NCBI GenBank assembly: GCA_021613535.1
Contig: CP075493.1
Location: 11,160,001-11,224,000, forward strand
Source: Adineta vaga
Taxonomy: Eukaryota > Animalia > Rotifera
Length of the DNA: 64,000 bases
Direction: 5' to 3'
The translations under genes and the position numbers were made by a program. The first letter of the stretch is position 1; each line of letters begins with the position of its first letter. Below are positions 60,752 to 64,000 of this stretch, one piece after another. Under the pieces are notes generated by a model, which made no database searches, was not told the DNA's origin, and worked only from the letters and a program-made list of their open reading frames with translations.

Positions 60752-61500
60752 TTCGTTTTCTTACTAATGTTTAGAAGATTTCTCAGAATTTTCATTTATT
60801 TCTATTTCATGAAGAGAGATAACAAAGTTTGCTTGTCTTCATCATGACAATGTAGGTTTATATTTTTCGATTCAAGAATAATTTCTAATGACATTTTATA
60901 TACTGAGAGTGAAAGTATATGTTTAGACAGGTATGAATCATACGTCTGCTGTAAAATAAATTATAGAATAAACCTACATTACGAAGTTAAATATAATTAT
61001 TCTATATGTTCTTTTCTTTCCTTATCAGTATTCTCTTCTTTTCTAGGCTATTTATTGCGTCATAGCTTATTATAATAAAAATATGATCTCATGTCAAAGA
61101 TGAGCATGGGTGTGGGTGAGTGTTATTTTCTATGTAGTAAAGAAAGACAGACATTTGTTTTGCAGTAATTCTTACCAATTAGAAGACAAAGAAGAAAGAA
61201 ACTTGTACCTTATATCTGAATCCAAAAACATAAACCACACCCTCGTCTTCGTCAATAACGTTTGCAGAGCCAGTAGCATGTCTTATATCAATAAAAAAAG
61301 CATGTGATTTCTGTTTTGAAGTTTTATTACAAGTTCGGAAAAAGAAACAATGCTTACGAGATCAATAAGTGAAACATATAGTGACATAATAAAAAGCAGC
61401 CTCAAAACTAATGATAAATGAACATTCTCACGCATGCAATATACGCATACGCGTTAATACTTGAATTCACAAAACAGAGACATCAACATATTGCGTCCTA

Positions 61501-61571
61501 TTGAAGGGTGTGAGTGTGGATGAGTAAATAAAATTCACTCACACTACCCTCTCTCTCCTTCTCACCCTCAA
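61501..61571. repeat. Palindromic telomere-like element
   Basis: TTGAAGGGTGTGAGTGTGGATGAG, AT spacer, then TTCACTCACACTACCCTC...CACCCTCAA. Confidence 0.65.
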
Positions 61572-61784
61572 GATGATCGACGGCTATGCATAGTGGTAAT
61601 AGAGATCGAACATATATTTAATCATCGACAACAGAACGTAAGAGAAACGAAACGATTTTTTTGCGGTCAAGAATAAAATATATTTGTTCTGTACTAATTC
61701 TTATCACTGAAGAGAACAAGAGAGAAAAAAACATATGTCAAAATTTTGTTTCGAAAGACAAACGAAACTATTTTATCGTGAATA

Positions 61785-62717
61785 ATGCATATACTCGTTC
61801 TCTCATCTGACTATGCACTCTATACTGATGAATTATTGAATGTCAATCCTAGTTTACAATTAACAGCAGATGATAAAGCATTAAATGTTGTTGATGCAGC
61901 TAGAGAATGTCCTATATGGTTTGGAGATCCTCACTTAGTAGTAGAACTACTTCGTCTTGGTATTAAACCTAGATGGATTCAATCTACCTGGGCAGGTGTT
62001 TCTCCTCTAATGGCAGAGGATTTACCAAATGATTATATATTGACTAGAGCGGTTGGCGTTTTCGGTCAGCTAATGGCTGAATATTTGTTGACTTATATTC
62101 TCGCACACGAACGTCAATTGATGGAACGAATCGATCATCAAAAACAAAGAAAATGGTGTAATCTTCAACCAGGTACTCTTAAAGGACGACAGATTCTTAT
62201 CGTTGGAGCTGGAGAAATTGGTTGTTGCGTGGCGCAAATGTTGTTGCCTTTTGGCATTGATTTGATAGGAATCGTCAATACAACTCGTTCTATTAATCCA
62301 TTTCGTCTGTGTGGAACATTGGATGATCTCCCTGGTTTTTTAGAAAATGCAGACTATGTAATTAATCTCTTGCCTGACACATCACAAACACAAAATATTT
62401 GGAATGCAACATTATTTGATCGAATGAAGCCAACAGCTATATTTATCAATGCAGGACGGGGAAATGCAGTTGTCGATGCTGATCTCATTGCGACTTTAGA
62501 ACAAAAACGATTGGCAGGTGCAATAATTGATGTTTGTCGAGAAGAACCATTACTAGTGGACCATCCATTTTGGCATACAAAAGGACTCATCCTTACCAAT
62601 CATAGTGCAGCACCGTCTCTCGCACGCCCTATTGCCGAACTTTTTTGTAACAATCTAAACAGATTCTGTAATCATCTTAGTATGCTTGGTAAAGTTGACT
62701 TCAATCGTTGTTATTAG
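61785..62717 (+). CDS. D-isomer-specific 2-hydroxyacid dehydrogenase, gammaproteobacterial-like (HGT candidate)
   Basis: WIQSTWAGV, GAGEIG (Rossmann fold), FINAGRG, DVCREEPL, LTNHSAA and VDFNRCY; intronless. Confidence 0.93.
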   Translation: MHILVLSSDYALYTDELLNVNPSLQLTADDKALNVVDAARECPIWFGDPHLVVELLRLGIKPRWIQSTWAGVSPLMAEDLPNDYILTRAVGVFGQLMAEYLLTYILAHERQLMERIDHQKQRKWCNLQPGTLKGRQILIVGAGEIGCCVAQMLLPFGIDLIGIVNTTRSINPFRLCGTLDDLPGFLENADYVINLLPDTSQTQNIWNATLFDRMKPTAIFINAGRGNAVVDADLIATLEQKRLAGAIIDVCREEPLLVDHPFWHTKGLILTNHSAAPSLARPIAELFCNNLNRFCNHLSMLGKVDFNRCY

Positions 62718-62784
62718 AAAATATAAATTCTCGGCATGAGCGATACTTAATTTGCAAGAATATCTTAATACATTGATCATCAAC

Positions 62785-62852
62785 TTGAGGGTGGGTGAAT
62801 GTGGGTGAAATTGAGAGGGAGAGAAAACAGAAAAAACATATCCACACCCTCA
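62785..62852. repeat. Palindromic telomere-like element
   Basis: TTGAGGGTGGGTGAATGTGGGTGA...ATCCACACCCTCA. Confidence 0.6.
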
Positions 62853-62976
62853 TCAAAACCGATTTGATATAAGTGAGCATATGTTCTACTTTGATAAATT
62901 TAAAAAGAAAGGTTAGCTTCAGTGTAAAGTTTATTACAATACAACGATGATTACAAAATAACACTAAATTTAGTTT

Positions 62977-63924
62977 TTATTCGACGACTACCGTACGATT
63001 ATTTTCACGAACTGTTAACATTAATGATTGAGGAAAAATTTGTCTTTGTCGACGACGAAGATGAAAGATTTGAAGTAGTCGACTTCTTAAGTCAGATAAT
63101 GACAAAGCGCAAACAAATGGAAATAATGGAAAGATAAAATATGTAATAAATGTTGTATAACGAACGACATCATCAAAGATGTCAGATGTGACATTGAACA
63201 GTACACAAATGCTTACAATTAAGAAAGGAAAATACAAAATAATATATAAAAATGAAATCGATAACATTTGAATCGTCATCTTGCGATATTTTCGCCATTG
63301 AAAACGTTGATTCATCTTCTTCTTCTGCCATATAACACGAATAATTAAAGTAATACTAAACAGAACGATGATAGGAAAGGGCAAAAATTGATGAACTATC
63401 AATTCATACATTGCCAATGCATAGTTGGCAAAGATACAAACTGATATACAAATATAACCTGATTGAGGATAACTATTTTCACAAGGTGGAATAAAATAAA
63501 CAACTACATAGAAACTAAAACAATAACAAAGAACAAAGATTATGGGTAAATAATGAATAAGAAAACGTTTTTTCTTTGTTGACATCCATCGATCATGAAA
63601 AACAAGAATATGTCTTTCGATAGTTGCCCACGCTAATAGAATTGTATAAGTGACATACAATGACCAATCATTGAAACCCCAAATTGAACAGAATACAGGT
63701 GATCGATACCATGTACCTTCATATTGATAATAGATCATCATCCAAATATAATTTGTTAATTGAGAAAAGAGACCAAGTGAAAGAAGAACAATAATAACAT
63801 GATTATGAAGACTATGTCGTAATGTACGATTAAATAATAAAGAATACAAGACAAAAAAAGCACAGAGAATCGATGGAATAACAAAGGCGAGAAAACACCA
63901 AAATCGAGCTACTTTAGAGATCAT
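62977..63924 (-). CDS. Rhodopsin-like 7TM GPCR (ERH-motif family)
   Basis: LAWATIERHILVFH, FLIHYLP and WRKYRKMTIQ; same family as 48313-49284. Confidence 0.88.
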   Translation of the reverse strand: MISKVARFWCFLAFVIPSILCAFFVLYSLLFNRTLRHSLHNHVIIVLLSLGLFSQLTNYIWMMIYYQYEGTWYRSPVFCSIWGFNDWSLYVTYTILLAWATIERHILVFHDRWMSTKKKRFLIHYLPIIFVLCYCFSFYVVVYFIPPCENSYPQSGYICISVCIFANYALAMYELIVHQFLPFPIIVLFSITLIIRVIWQKKKMNQRFQWRKYRKMTIQMLSISFLYIILYFPFLIVSICVLFNVTSDIFDDVVRYTTFITYFIFPLFPFVCALSLSDLRSRLLQIFHLRRRQRQIFPQSLMLTVRENNRTVVVE

Positions 63925-64000
63925 CCTTTTGCGTATATAGTAAGAAGAAAAAATGTTCCAGTGAATAGAAAAAGCAAAAGTCAGAAGATAAATTGAAGAT

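Noticed and set aside
40707-62852. CRISPR array or true telomere
   Set aside because: The elements are dispersed, short and inverted, with no regular repeat-spacer period and no long tandem hexamer array.
1-64000. Prokaryotic origin or operon/defence-island interpretation
   Set aside because: Many GT-AG introns restore reading frames, and GPCRs, an F-box protein, GT7 and an RNF213-like gene are eukaryotic.

Overview
AT-rich eukaryotic genomic DNA with short (about 50-120 nt) GT-AG introns. The gene content points to a bdelloid rotifer (Adineta/Rotaria-like; inference): ART+TPR proteins, NHL relics, ERH-motif GPCRs, a glutamate receptor with a K+-channel-type pore, and many intron-poor bacterial/fungal-like genes. 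No rRNA, tRNA, CRISPR array or autonomous transposon was recognised. 1-27 kb: a SWIM-RING E3 gene, an approximately 4,700-aa RNF213-like AAA+/RZ-finger gene, a metallophosphoesterase, two Kelch proteins, two DUF202 proteins, a spliced F-box-LRR-E2 fusion and a GNAT. 28-39 kb: a run of pseudogenes (ART, NHL x2, GPCR, iGluR, P450) around the first of two C2-domain gene copies. 41-64 kb: two ART-TPR genes, two GPCRs, a GT7 glycosyltransferase, a broken sPLA2, a transporter-pyruvyltransferase fusion, an S9 peptidase, two secreted proteins and a Pseudomonas-like 2-hydroxyacid dehydrogenase. Best candidate for an undescribed system: a single ORF (52075-53913) fusing a 10-TM phosphate-translocator (PEP-carrier-like) domain to a GumL/ExoV-like pyruvyltransferase through an extra TM helix, next to a GT7 gene. 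This would be a self-supplying Golgi glycan-pyruvylation module in an animal. Also notable are the F-box-E2 fusion and a family of palindromic elements built from telomere-like hexamers, two of which bracket the dehydrogenase. All family calls come from motif recognition; no searches were run.
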